Shown here: piece by piece, positions 32,755 through 41,498 of the stretch | Layout of the letters: each line of letters starts with the position of its first letter | Position numbering within the stretch: position 1 is the first letter of the stretch | Source: a virus | Taxonomy: Duplodnaviria > Heunggongvirae > Uroviricota > Caudoviricetes | IMG/VR virus record: IMGVR_UViG_2718218129_000002 | Reading direction: 5' to 3' (one strand) | Length of the DNA: 52,782 nt | Position numbers and translations under genes: made by a program | Notes under the pieces: generated by a model | What the model was told of the DNA's origin: nothing | The model's database searches: none | The model's input: the letters and a program-made list of their open reading frames with translations, nothing else

Positions 32755-33297
32755 TCAAGCCATTTTCTCAGCAAATGATTCACGCATGGGAATATATAGG
32801 GCATACTCAGCAACAGCTAACCAATTAGCAATCCGTTTTTCGCATGTGCTAAAACACCACTCTGGGTGTGCATCATTTAGCAATTCAGCCATTTTGCGCT
32901 TAGTCATCCCCCGCCCTTCATAGCGTTGCCGGAGAATGCAAATCAATCCTGGATGCTCTGCCAGCACCTCACTTATGACTCGATCAATACATAACGCCTC
33001 TGCATCAGTACAATGCGCCAGCCAGCTCTTTTGCTTGCCGTTGATCATCTCTCGCAAAAACGCTTCCAGCTCAGCTTTCTCTATTCCCGCTTTTTTCATT
33101 CTGCGCAGGGCTTCATTAATGGCTGTTTTCGTCAGTTTTTTGGATGCCAACAACTGATTGAACATATTCCCTGACCTGCCACCGCCAATATACGACCAGC
33201 GCCCCCACATACGTAGTTTTCCCTGAATCCAGACACTTTCCAGCGTGGTGAGGCGAAGGTGTTCTCCGCTTTTTCCTGTATTCGTTGGGTAAATCAT
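32755..33297 (-). CDS. late gene regulator, Q-like antiterminator candidate
   Basis: 180 aa; last nin-region gene before the terminator and lysis cassette; HTH-like segment near the C-terminus. Confidence 0.5.
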   Translation of the reverse strand: MIYPTNTGKSGEHLRLTTLESVWIQGKLRMWGRWSYIGGGRSGNMFNQLLASKKLTKTAINEALRRMKKAGIEKAELEAFLREMINGKQKSWLAHCTDAEALCIDRVISEVLAEHPGLICILRQRYEGRGMTKRKMAELLNDAHPEWCFSTCEKRIANWLAVAEYALYIPMRESFAEKMA

Positions 33298-33584
33298 AAA
33301 TGACCTTTCTTTCTCCAGATTTCTTGTGTGCGAAAAACCCCTTCAGCATGCATCAGGCGCAATTCTTCTTTGGTGTAATCGCTGGTTTTTACCCGCCCGT
33401 CGATTAGATCGTGGCATGAGCTACAGGCTATCGCCGCCTGCATAACGTGTGGTTTTGTCGCTGTTCCGCACGTCCCCGCCAGCCTGTAATGCGCCAGCAC
33501 AGAGGTTTCGGGATTGTGATTGCAGTAGCCAGGGATTCTGATCTGGCACATCTGGCCTTTAGCCGCTTTACGTAAATTCACCAT
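33294..33584 (-). CDS. YbcO-like (DUF1364) protein
   Basis: 96 aa with a cysteine cluster; nin-region position. Confidence 0.55.
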   Translation of the reverse strand: MVNLRKAAKGQMCQIRIPGYCNHNPETSVLAHYRLAGTCGTATKPHVMQAAIACSSCHDLIDGRVKTSDYTKEELRLMHAEGVFRTQEIWRKKGHL

Positions 33585-34183
33585 TACGCAAACTCCAGTA
33601 GTTGTGCGGCCACATTTTCAACTTCCTCCTGAGAGGAGAATTTACGGAACAGAATCCAGTTCCACAGCACATTCAGTACAGATTTATAAACCTGCTGAAA
33701 CTCGACTTCGTCCATATTCGCAAAAGCGATGGATTTTGCCCGACGCCCACGGCTACCGTCCGGATAAATATGCTCGGTGTAAAATCCGGCCTGAATGGTT
33801 ACCCACTCGCGGAAAGCCTCAAACGACTTTAGCAACGCCGTATCCCGGGTTCTACGAGTCGCAACGGTGTTAAGGTATTGCTCTGCAGCATCACTCAGGG
33901 CTGGCGTGTGTTCCCGACCAACTGATTCGCACAGGTAATCAACGAAACCAGACAGCAGTTCTCGTTCGCGAGGCGTGATCGCCCCACCGACCGGAGTCCA
34001 GTAATCGAATCCCAGTTGCAGGAGTTTGAAAAAACGCTTGTGGAATGCGTAGTTACGCACACGCTTAAAGTCTGCGTGTATCCACTCACCTATTTTGATT
34101 TGATGCAGAAAATCGCAACTCTCCGGCGTCGCCGGGAGAAGTAAACCAGAAGAAGTTTGTTTGACCAGTTGTATATGCGCCAT
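33584..34183 (-). CDS. nin-region protein (DUF1367-like)
   Basis: 199 aa; assigned by position and recalled family resemblance. Confidence 0.45.
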   Translation of the reverse strand: MAHIQLVKQTSSGLLLPATPESCDFLHQIKIGEWIHADFKRVRNYAFHKRFFKLLQLGFDYWTPVGGAITPRERELLSGFVDYLCESVGREHTPALSDAAEQYLNTVATRRTRDTALLKSFEAFREWVTIQAGFYTEHIYPDGSRGRRAKSIAFANMDEVEFQQVYKSVLNVLWNWILFRKFSSQEEVENVAAQLLEFA

Positions 34184-34611
34184 TTCTCAATCTCTCGATG
34201 GCGCAGTGCAGCAGATGCCAGTTGTTCAGGCTGACGTATAAAGTATAAATAAACTGGTTCCAGTGTAAAGCCCCCACCTTAATGGAATAAAAACCAAACA
34301 ACAGATTGCTGGGATACAAACAACGCTTATTATTAAAAGCGGTTAAACAAATTAAATTTTAATGTTATGCAAATTTGTCAGATCACCATAATATCTCATT
34401 TGAAAACCGCTGAAATAACAGCCCTATCAGGGTTAATCATATTAAGGTGAGTAAATATGGAAAACAACAAATCTGTACATTACGTTCCTTTTTTATCTGT
34501 AATACTTTTTGTTTTATGCTGTGCGTGGGCATTATTTTTATAAAAATATTTACAGATGAAGTAAACCCGCCAATCAGGTTAACTGTGGCTGCGTTGAGGA
34601 TGCATAATACA

Positions 34612-34860
34612 TCAGAGGTTGCGGGGATTTCTCCCCGCTGGTCCTCTTACTCCCCAAGTTCGTAAGCTGTGAAGACAGCGACCTCCGTCTGGTCGGTTCG
34701 GATTCGTACCTCGCAGAGGTCTTTCCTCGTTACCAGTACCGTCACTATAACGGTTAAACAGATGACGATCAGGGTGATTAACATCGCCTTTTGCTGCTTC
34801 ATAGCCTGCTTCTCCTTGACCTTTTGGTCGGTAAGAGGCTAATCTACGTATGCAAAGCAT
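34612..34860 (-). CDS. mok-like overlapping reading frame
   Basis: 82 aa frame covering hok, as mok overlaps hok in characterised hok/sok loci. Confidence 0.4.
   Translation of the reverse strand: MLCIRRLASYRPKGQGEAGYEAAKGDVNHPDRHLFNRYSDGTGNEERPLRGTNPNRPDGGRCLHSLRTWGVRGPAGRNPRNL
34621..34638 (-). terminator. hok mRNA 3' hairpin
   Basis: GCGGGGA-ttt-CTCCCCGC perfect hairpin just after the hok stop; no clear U-run. Confidence 0.4.
34647..34802 (-). CDS. hok: Hok/Gef-family type I toxin
   Basis: Hand translation MKQQKAMLITLIVICLTVIVTVLVTRKDLCEVRIRTDQTEVAVFTAYELGE; Hok-like transmembrane toxin, 51 aa. Confidence 0.8.
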   Translation of the reverse strand: MKQQKAMLITLIVICLTVIVTVLVTRKDLCEVRIRTDQTEVAVFTAYELGE

Positions 34861-34925
34861 AGATGTGGCCTCAGATTAATGTTAAGCGTCTTGCCGGACG
34901 CGTAATGTTAACTGGGGCTTTTCTC
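34850..34925 (+). ncRNA. Sok-like antisense RNA (approximate position)
   Basis: TTGACC -35 and TAATCT -10 candidates on the plus strand opposite the mok start; boundaries not determined. Confidence 0.3.
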
Positions 34926-35298
34926 TATCTGCCTTTGGTGTTCATGCCCGAGGCAGACAGCCTCAAGCACCCGCAGCTATTCTACTTAACTCCCGTTACC
35001 TCGCCAATATGAAATCAATCAGAAAGGTGATCCATAAGAGCAATAGCAAGACCATAGATTGCCATTACAGCCGCTATAGTTTCTCTGATTTATTCTGTGG
35101 AAATGGGACACAACACCCCGTCACCACCACCACTTCCTTAAATGCGCTAAGTCAGTCACAAGCCAACACTTTAGTCCGCTTTGAGCGAAAAGCTGACAGG
35201 AGTTTAAATAATCAGTTAAGGCATTACAAAAAGCATGTGCTAATAGAGATAACCAGAGTCAATATATAATCTCTTAGCTCTATTTACACTTACGTACA

Positions 35299-36003
35299 TT
35301 ATTCTTGCTTTTTGGGAGGTCTTGGATATTTCGCAGGTAATTTTTCTGTAATCTTAAATATATCCTCATTTTTTAGTATTGTTCGCATTACAAAATTTTC
35401 TATAATTACCAAAAGCGATTTAAATTCAGTTTCGTTCGGTGCCCATGTCCTGTGTGCAGCTGAGTTGCCAGCTTCGGTTACAATTTTAAGTTGGCTCCTT
35501 TCTGTTTCCCCAATAAAACCTTCCTCTTTAAGAATGTCAACCTTCTGGCCTAATGTATATCCTGGATGAATATTTAGAACCTCAACTGTTCTGTCAAAAA
35601 TAGTTCTAAGTCCAATCGCCGCTAAAATGAATGATTTATTTTGAAATGCGATGTACATTTCGTTCATTATTACATACAGCTGACGATCTTTGTTTAATAT
35701 CTCACCAAACCAAGTTGGTCTAATCTCTTCTTGCTCTTGAGTGGGATATGTTGATATATGATAGTTATATACCATACAATCATAGCCTGACTCATCTCTT
35801 TCAATGTCGTAATCTTCACTGTGACGGGATTTAATATATGTAAATATTCCGTCGCACCCCATACACTCTAATAATTTGTATTCACTTTCAGCCCAAAAAT
35901 AGTTGCCCCCATCATCCTCACTCCATTCTCTTTTTTTATGGCCTATTATGTGGCAATTTTTTTCACCTTTACAATATGGACAAGGAGCTTTAATTTTTTC
36001 CAT
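35299..36003 (-). CDS. zinc-ribbon protein with HEPN-like (DUF4145-like) C-terminal domain, candidate defence protein
   Basis: 234 aa; CPYC...CMGC zinc ribbon; C-terminal helical domain with GNSAAHRTW; AT-rich gene; the domain family is uncertain. Confidence 0.55.
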   Translation of the reverse strand: MEKIKAPCPYCKGEKNCHIIGHKKREWSEDDGGNYFWAESEYKLLECMGCDGIFTYIKSRHSEDYDIERDESGYDCMVYNYHISTYPTQEQEEIRPTWFGEILNKDRQLYVIMNEMYIAFQNKSFILAAIGLRTIFDRTVEVLNIHPGYTLGQKVDILKEEGFIGETERSQLKIVTEAGNSAAHRTWAPNETEFKSLLVIIENFVMRTILKNEDIFKITEKLPAKYPRPPKKQE

Positions 36004-36717
36004 GGTAATTATTCTGCCATTTAAATTAAAATTGATATAACATATATGCTATATGATTTATAAATGATGAACTTACGGCTCACTTTACTACAATAATTTT
36101 CATATGAGTAGTGATATGCCTCTCATTTTCTTTGTCGTTGATTGATCTGCTCTACATTGATTAACACCGAATGGGAGTAACTCCCGCTTTTGGCAGAGTG
36201 CGAACAAGCTGACCAAACCTTAGGTCCGCAGTGAGCGAGGAGCGAGCATTGGCCTTATAAGGCATCGGAGCTGTTCTCCGGAGATCCTCTGAAAGCGAAC
36301 TGTTCGGTTAAGCAGGACGCTTACAAGGCAAGCTTAGCGTGTTGTCTTGTGATGGGTTGCTTAAACCTTTTGTGAAGGTATTTTTCTATCGAAAGATAAT
36401 TAACTGAGGTTGTTATGTCATACATTCGCGTCGAGAAAGATGACCTTCAGCATTAATCAGATTATTTCTGTGAAGAGGATATGGTTACAGTCTGTAGAAC
36501 TTAGGGGATTGTAGTCCAGTGTGGTTGTTAATGAGATGGCAGAAGTAGCTGCTGTTCGTACTGCGTTGCGAAATCTCATTAGAGAAAATCGGGTTGATCC
36601 TCTAACTGATTGAATATACATTCCTATTGCTCACGAGTTGGAATGAGCTGTGACTTTTTAGCTTTAAACTTAACTTTAAGACAATTTTATGATCACGTTA
36701 GGGTGTAAGAAGGATAT

Positions 36718-37944
36718 ATGAGCGGAGAAGTATTTCATAAAAGATTGTTTCCCGTTGGCCAGGGTGGATTTAGTTTAGGCGGACTGAGGGGAAGGGATGG
36801 TAGTTTGCTTTACAGTTATGTGTATGACTGCGGAAGTGACCAATTAAATGCGTTGCGTAGGGAGATGGATGTGGCTAAATCTCTCTTTAATATTGATGAG
36901 AAATATATTGATGTGGTATACATCTCTCATTTGGATTCAGACCATATAAATGGATTTGACCATTTATGTCAGCTTGTAGATAACAAAATACGCAAGGTTG
37001 TATTACCATACCTAGATATCCATGATAGCTATTACTTAATTGCATCGGAGCTATGCTCTAATTCTACGTCAGGTCTTTTTATGGAATTTCTCATTGATCC
37101 TGTCAAATGGATAAAATCAAGGTTGCCTGAGGCAGATATATCTTTGCTTTACCCCAGTGATATTGATGATAATTTTGACCCTCCTATATTTAATAGTGAA
37201 AACATTAAGGGTAGCGCTGTAAGCTTACCAATGAAAATATCTGACTCCAAAGGAGATGTTGAATGTAACCGTTGGTTGGTTAAAAGGATTGGGGAAAACA
37301 AAACTGATACACTAATGTCATTTATTTCTTGGATACCGCCCCGTTCACGTAAGAAAATTGAAATTTTCAGTCAGCAGTTAATAGAAAATGGTTTTACTGA
37401 GTTAAGTAAGAAAAAAATGCTTAAAATATTAACTAGCACGGGGGAAAGAAAGAAATTACGCGAGTGTTATTTAAAACTTGCTGGCGATCATAATGTAATA
37501 TCAATCAATCTCTTGATTATTAATAATCAAGAAGCTGAGATGAAAATTGTTAATGAGCCTTCTCGTGAGTGGTTTAGTTTTAGAAATAGTCGGGTTGAGC
37601 GACATTTTCTCTTTGATAGAGATAAAGGAATTAGATCTGTTTTATTAACAGGTGACTCAAAGCTTAATACATCATTGTATTATAATAAATGGGCTGAATT
37701 CTATTCAAAAGTGATTAAAACGGTAAGGGTGATGACATTACCTCATCATGGTTCGGAATTAAATTTCAATCAAAAAATAATTGCGGATTTTGATAATGTT
37801 TTGTTTATAGCTCAGTCGGATGGTCATTCACATGGACACCCATCACAATCAGTAATCGATGCTATAAATTCAAGTCATGGACATAGCGTTACTTTAGTTG
37901 ACAATAATGCTAAAAATTGGGTTGATATAAAATATATATTTTAA
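36718..37944 (+). CDS. metallo-beta-lactamase-fold protein
   Basis: 408 aa; ISHLDSDHINGF resembles the MBL HxHxDH motif; C-terminal LPHHGS as in ComEC-type MBL domains; AT-rich. Confidence 0.65.
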   Translation: MSGEVFHKRLFPVGQGGFSLGGLRGRDGSLLYSYVYDCGSDQLNALRREMDVAKSLFNIDEKYIDVVYISHLDSDHINGFDHLCQLVDNKIRKVVLPYLDIHDSYYLIASELCSNSTSGLFMEFLIDPVKWIKSRLPEADISLLYPSDIDDNFDPPIFNSENIKGSAVSLPMKISDSKGDVECNRWLVKRIGENKTDTLMSFISWIPPRSRKKIEIFSQQLIENGFTELSKKKMLKILTSTGERKKLRECYLKLAGDHNVISINLLIINNQEAEMKIVNEPSREWFSFRNSRVERHFLFDRDKGIRSVLLTGDSKLNTSLYYNKWAEFYSKVIKTVRVMTLPHHGSELNFNQKIIADFDNVLFIAQSDGHSHGHPSQSVIDAINSSHGHSVTLVDNNAKNWVDIKYIF

Positions 37945-38069
37945 ACATTAGTTGTATTAATAGCATTTAAATAAATTAAGTTTGTTGGTATGTTAAAAGT
38001 TTTTGCTAGATAACCAGGTCTTTTTTGACCGATGATACAGTCTTTGTTCCACGGTGACGTGTTCACACT

Positions 38070-38100
38070 CAAATCTCCTGCAATGTGGGAGATTTGAGTA
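38070..38100. terminator. bidirectional hairpin between convergent genes
   Basis: CTCAAATCTCC-tgcaatgtg-GGAGATTTGAG, an 11-bp perfect stem. Confidence 0.4.
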
Positions 38101-38184
38101 TGGTTGTCCCTGATGTGCGATAAGCGGACCTAACATTATTATGTTTTGAATAATAAGAGACAGTCAGTTGGCTGTAAGTCTGAC

Positions 38185-39078
38185 TTAGTTATCCAAAACA
38201 GCTTTTCTTTGTATTATTGTTCTAATAAATGCTGCTGATATATGCAACACGAATTCAGCATCGTATTCCAAGACAGAAGAAACCTTGTTGCTACCATGTC
38301 TTACTGCTGGCTCTGCATTTGTATAAGCGTAAAATTTCTCTATCACCGTTAAAAGCATAGGTGAGATAGTGTTTTCTTTTCTCATCAGTTTTAATACATC
38401 GCCCAAGGTTGAGGCTGAAGGATAATAAGTCCGACACATGCTTTCTATTGCACTTATTGATTCTTTTATGGAATTTTCTGGATCCTTATGCGCACCTAAT
38501 GCAAAAGCCCGGGCTTTCACATAGTGCCTCCTTGCAGGTTCAAACTGGTCTTGCAATAAGTTGTTAGTTTCATCGATTTTTTGTTCTAATTCATTTGGTA
38601 GTGGTGTTTCTAACCTACCAGCAGAATTCATTTTCCAGTCAATATTTCGAGATGCGAATAACTCGTTCAATTTCTGACGATATGATGTAAAAGTAATGTC
38701 TTCTAATGCCTTCTTACCCCAAGTATGGCCTCTTTCTACATCTCTTTTTCTTAATAGATCTCCGATAATCTCAACAGCATCATAAAATTGAAACCAACGC
38801 ATATGTTGCAAACGCGCTTTCAAAGCATCATAGCAGTACCATGAATCGAAATCCTCATGATCTGTTTCTTGACCATTCTCTGCGCAAAGTCGCTCGATCA
38901 AAGCCTTAATACCCAACGGCTTGTTCTCATCATTCGTAATGCGGCTATCACCATCAATGTACAAAAAATTATCGAGGACAGTTACAAAAAATAAAGAGCG
39001 AAGCCACTCTGGAGCATCTTCCCGTATCGGCTTTTTATTATACTCAGGATCAAAACCATGTCTGTACGAGAACTTCAT
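38185..39078 (-). CDS. hypothetical protein, candidate defence-associated
   Basis: 297 aa from MKFSYRHGFDPEYNKK... with GGGAG Shine-Dalgarno; AT-rich; no motif recognised with confidence. Confidence 0.55.
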   Translation of the reverse strand: MKFSYRHGFDPEYNKKPIREDAPEWLRSLFFVTVLDNFLYIDGDSRITNDENKPLGIKALIERLCAENGQETDHEDFDSWYCYDALKARLQHMRWFQFYDAVEIIGDLLRKRDVERGHTWGKKALEDITFTSYRQKLNELFASRNIDWKMNSAGRLETPLPNELEQKIDETNNLLQDQFEPARRHYVKARAFALGAHKDPENSIKESISAIESMCRTYYPSASTLGDVLKLMRKENTISPMLLTVIEKFYAYTNAEPAVRHGSNKVSSVLEYDAEFVLHISAAFIRTIIQRKAVLDN

Positions 39079-39488
39079 CCCACATCTCCCATTCAACTGT
39101 ATGAATATTAGGTAATTATACAACCAACACAAATCCCTTTGCGAATACAAAAAAATCAAAAAATCACAACAAATTTAAGAACTGATCGCTTATTTCTCTA
39201 TGGATGTCCGCTTCTGGCACGAAGCGGACAAGTTACCGTAGCTGAAGGTCACTAATACTGGGGGCAGGTCAGTTCGCGTTTGTTCTCATAACGGAGTAAG
39301 ACGCTAATGGTATTAAGGTGTATTAATGATCAATGTAGATCAACGATTATTGGCGTTTAACGCTCAGATGAGAACGTTCACCGATTCTGCACGAACAAAT
39401 TCAGAATGGGGGGATTTGATATCCCCCTGGTAGATGCCTTGGTTAATGTTTATAGGTCAATTGAACTCAGAGCATCATTCTTGCCGCA

Positions 39489-40850
39489 TTAGAGATGGTC
39501 AAAAATAGACCCTTTGCGTGGAATAAGGATCTTCTCATAAAGCTTTGTTGCATAGTCATCAGTCATCCCTGAAACATAGTCGCAAATGACTCGCATACCA
39601 GCCTTCTCGTCCAAGCTAGTCTGCCGCTCGTAAATTTCCCTCGTTGATGCCGGTAGAAACCGACACGGATCGTTAGCCAGCACACCGAAAAGCTCAACAA
39701 TCAACTTTTGTCCCTTGAATTCAAGCTGCTGTACATTTTCATGCTTAATTACTTTATTTTTGACCAGTTTGAAAATTTTCAACCGTAGTGCTTCGACCGC
39801 TTCCGGAAGGACCGCATTATATTTGAGCATGCCACATTCGAATGCTGGATTCTTTGTAATAAGCTCAACGCTTGTAATCATCAGGTGAACCAGCATCCCG
39901 ATGCACTCTTTTCTCTTGTAACTTTCACCAAAAAGGCTATCCGCGACAGATTCACATGTTGCGGAAAATGTTTCTCCATGGCAGTTAGTAAATAGGGTTT
40001 CATATTCACTGAAATGCTCCATCCACATTTCTCGTGTCACCATTCCGAGAGAAATAGCATCCTCCAAATCGTGCAGCGAATACGAAATTTCATCGGCAAG
40101 ATCCATGATGGTTGTATCGAGAGCTTTATAAGAAGCTTTTTTATGATCGGATTTAGTTTGACCATCTTCAACGGAAGTAAAAAGCCTCCGATCCTGTTCA
40201 GTAAATGGTGAAAGAGCAAATTCTACAACATCGCATTCTGAATCTAGATAGCATTTTGGAGGTTTAAAATCAGATGACTTAAAGAGCCAGTTCGGCGATC
40301 CGATAGTGGCCGGGATTCTGTCTTTTGTAACCACTAGATCCGAGTATTTAACCGGATATTTCAGTATGCCTAGCAGAAGTCTGCGTGTAGGATCGAGTCC
40401 GTGTTCAACGGTATACTTATCTAGTTTCGAGAGAATGCGAAGTGTCTGACCGTTTCCTTCAAAACCACCGTAATCCTGCATACAGTAGTTAAGAGCTACC
40501 TCACCGCCGTGACCAAATGGAGGATGTCCAATATCATGTGCGAGACATACTGCCTGCATAAGATCGTTATCTGGTAAAAATTGCTCTTGCTCTTTACCTT
40601 TATATTTTATTTTCAGCTTAGCAAGAAGACCTGAACCGATTTGTGCGACTTCCATAGAATGAGTCAGTCGTGTGCGGTAGAAATCACTTTCACCCAGACC
40701 AAGAACCTGTGTTTTGGATTGCAATCGTCTGAAAGCAGACGAGTGAATCAGTCGAGAAAGGTCGTGCTGAGCTTCAGATCGAATCTCCTCCACACGATGA
40801 CTATTGGTGCCTCGTCTCTTATCCCAGACGTTTATTTCACTCCGAGTCAT
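39489..40850 (-). CDS. dGTP triphosphohydrolase (HD domain, Dgt family), likely anti-phage dGTPase
   Basis: RTRLTHSMEVAQIG and HDIGHPPFGHGGE HD-domain motifs; start set at MTRSEINVW by GAGGAA Shine-Dalgarno; about 453 aa. Confidence 0.8.
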   Translation of the reverse strand: MTRSEINVWDKRRGTNSHRVEEIRSEAQHDLSRLIHSSAFRRLQSKTQVLGLGESDFYRTRLTHSMEVAQIGSGLLAKLKIKYKGKEQEQFLPDNDLMQAVCLAHDIGHPPFGHGGEVALNYCMQDYGGFEGNGQTLRILSKLDKYTVEHGLDPTRRLLLGILKYPVKYSDLVVTKDRIPATIGSPNWLFKSSDFKPPKCYLDSECDVVEFALSPFTEQDRRLFTSVEDGQTKSDHKKASYKALDTTIMDLADEISYSLHDLEDAISLGMVTREMWMEHFSEYETLFTNCHGETFSATCESVADSLFGESYKRKECIGMLVHLMITSVELITKNPAFECGMLKYNAVLPEAVEALRLKIFKLVKNKVIKHENVQQLEFKGQKLIVELFGVLANDPCRFLPASTREIYERQTSLDEKAGMRVICDYVSGMTDDYATKLYEKILIPRKGSIFDHL

Positions 40851-41059
40851 ATTATTCCTCATTTTTACTTTGTACACTGCGGCATTCTAACGTAACTAAA
40901 TTATCAAAATAACCTATTTATTTCTGACCTAATCTTCAATAATCAATGTTGTGTGAACTTAGTTAGGCCCGCCCCTGGCACAAAACAGACAACCACGCTA
41001 GCCGTATCCTGTGCCATGAAACTGTCAATTCACATATGAATTAATGGTCTTTAATCTCG

Positions 41060-41482
41060 TCACTTCAATAAATACCGAACATTTCCCTGATAGAATGCTA
41101 ATACACGCTGCATAACTTCACTCTTCCGGCACTCACGGCAAATTATGTTCAGACGCCTGTCGTAGCGACGTATTTCTCCGTCTGGTAATGACCAAATAAG
41201 GTCCAGATCAACCACAACTGGTTTCTTCACCTTTGCCCTCGATAGTTTTTTGCGGGCGTTTTGCCAGTCTTGACGTGCCTGCTCAGACGGAAATAACCCA
41301 TAGCCAGAGTTGTATACATCACCATTCGCAACCAACTCCCTAGCAAGAGCGCTTATCAGATATCTTGTCGCCCCCGTTTTAGCTTCCAGTTGTCGTAACG
41401 TCTCTCGCCCGCTCTGGCGTACAAGATCAACAATCTGCCCTTTAATTTTTTCTCGCTCTTCCTGTGTAAATACTTTTGCCAT
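41060..41482 (-). CDS. hypothetical phage protein
   Basis: 140 aa from MAKVFTQEEREKIKG... with GGGGAGGG Shine-Dalgarno; C-terminal CRECRK. Confidence 0.5.
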   Translation of the reverse strand: MAKVFTQEEREKIKGQIVDLVRQSGRETLRQLEAKTGATRYLISALARELVANGDVYNSGYGLFPSEQARQDWQNARKKLSRAKVKKPVVVDLDLIWSLPDGEIRRYDRRLNIICRECRKSEVMQRVLAFYQGNVRYLLK

Positions 41483-41498
41483 AAGCCCTCCCCAGGAA

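Noticed and set aside
35009-35269. 86-aa plus-strand ORF upstream of the hok locus
   Set aside because: It lies where the hok mRNA promoter and long leader are expected and has no clear ribosome-binding site; a real small gene cannot be excluded.
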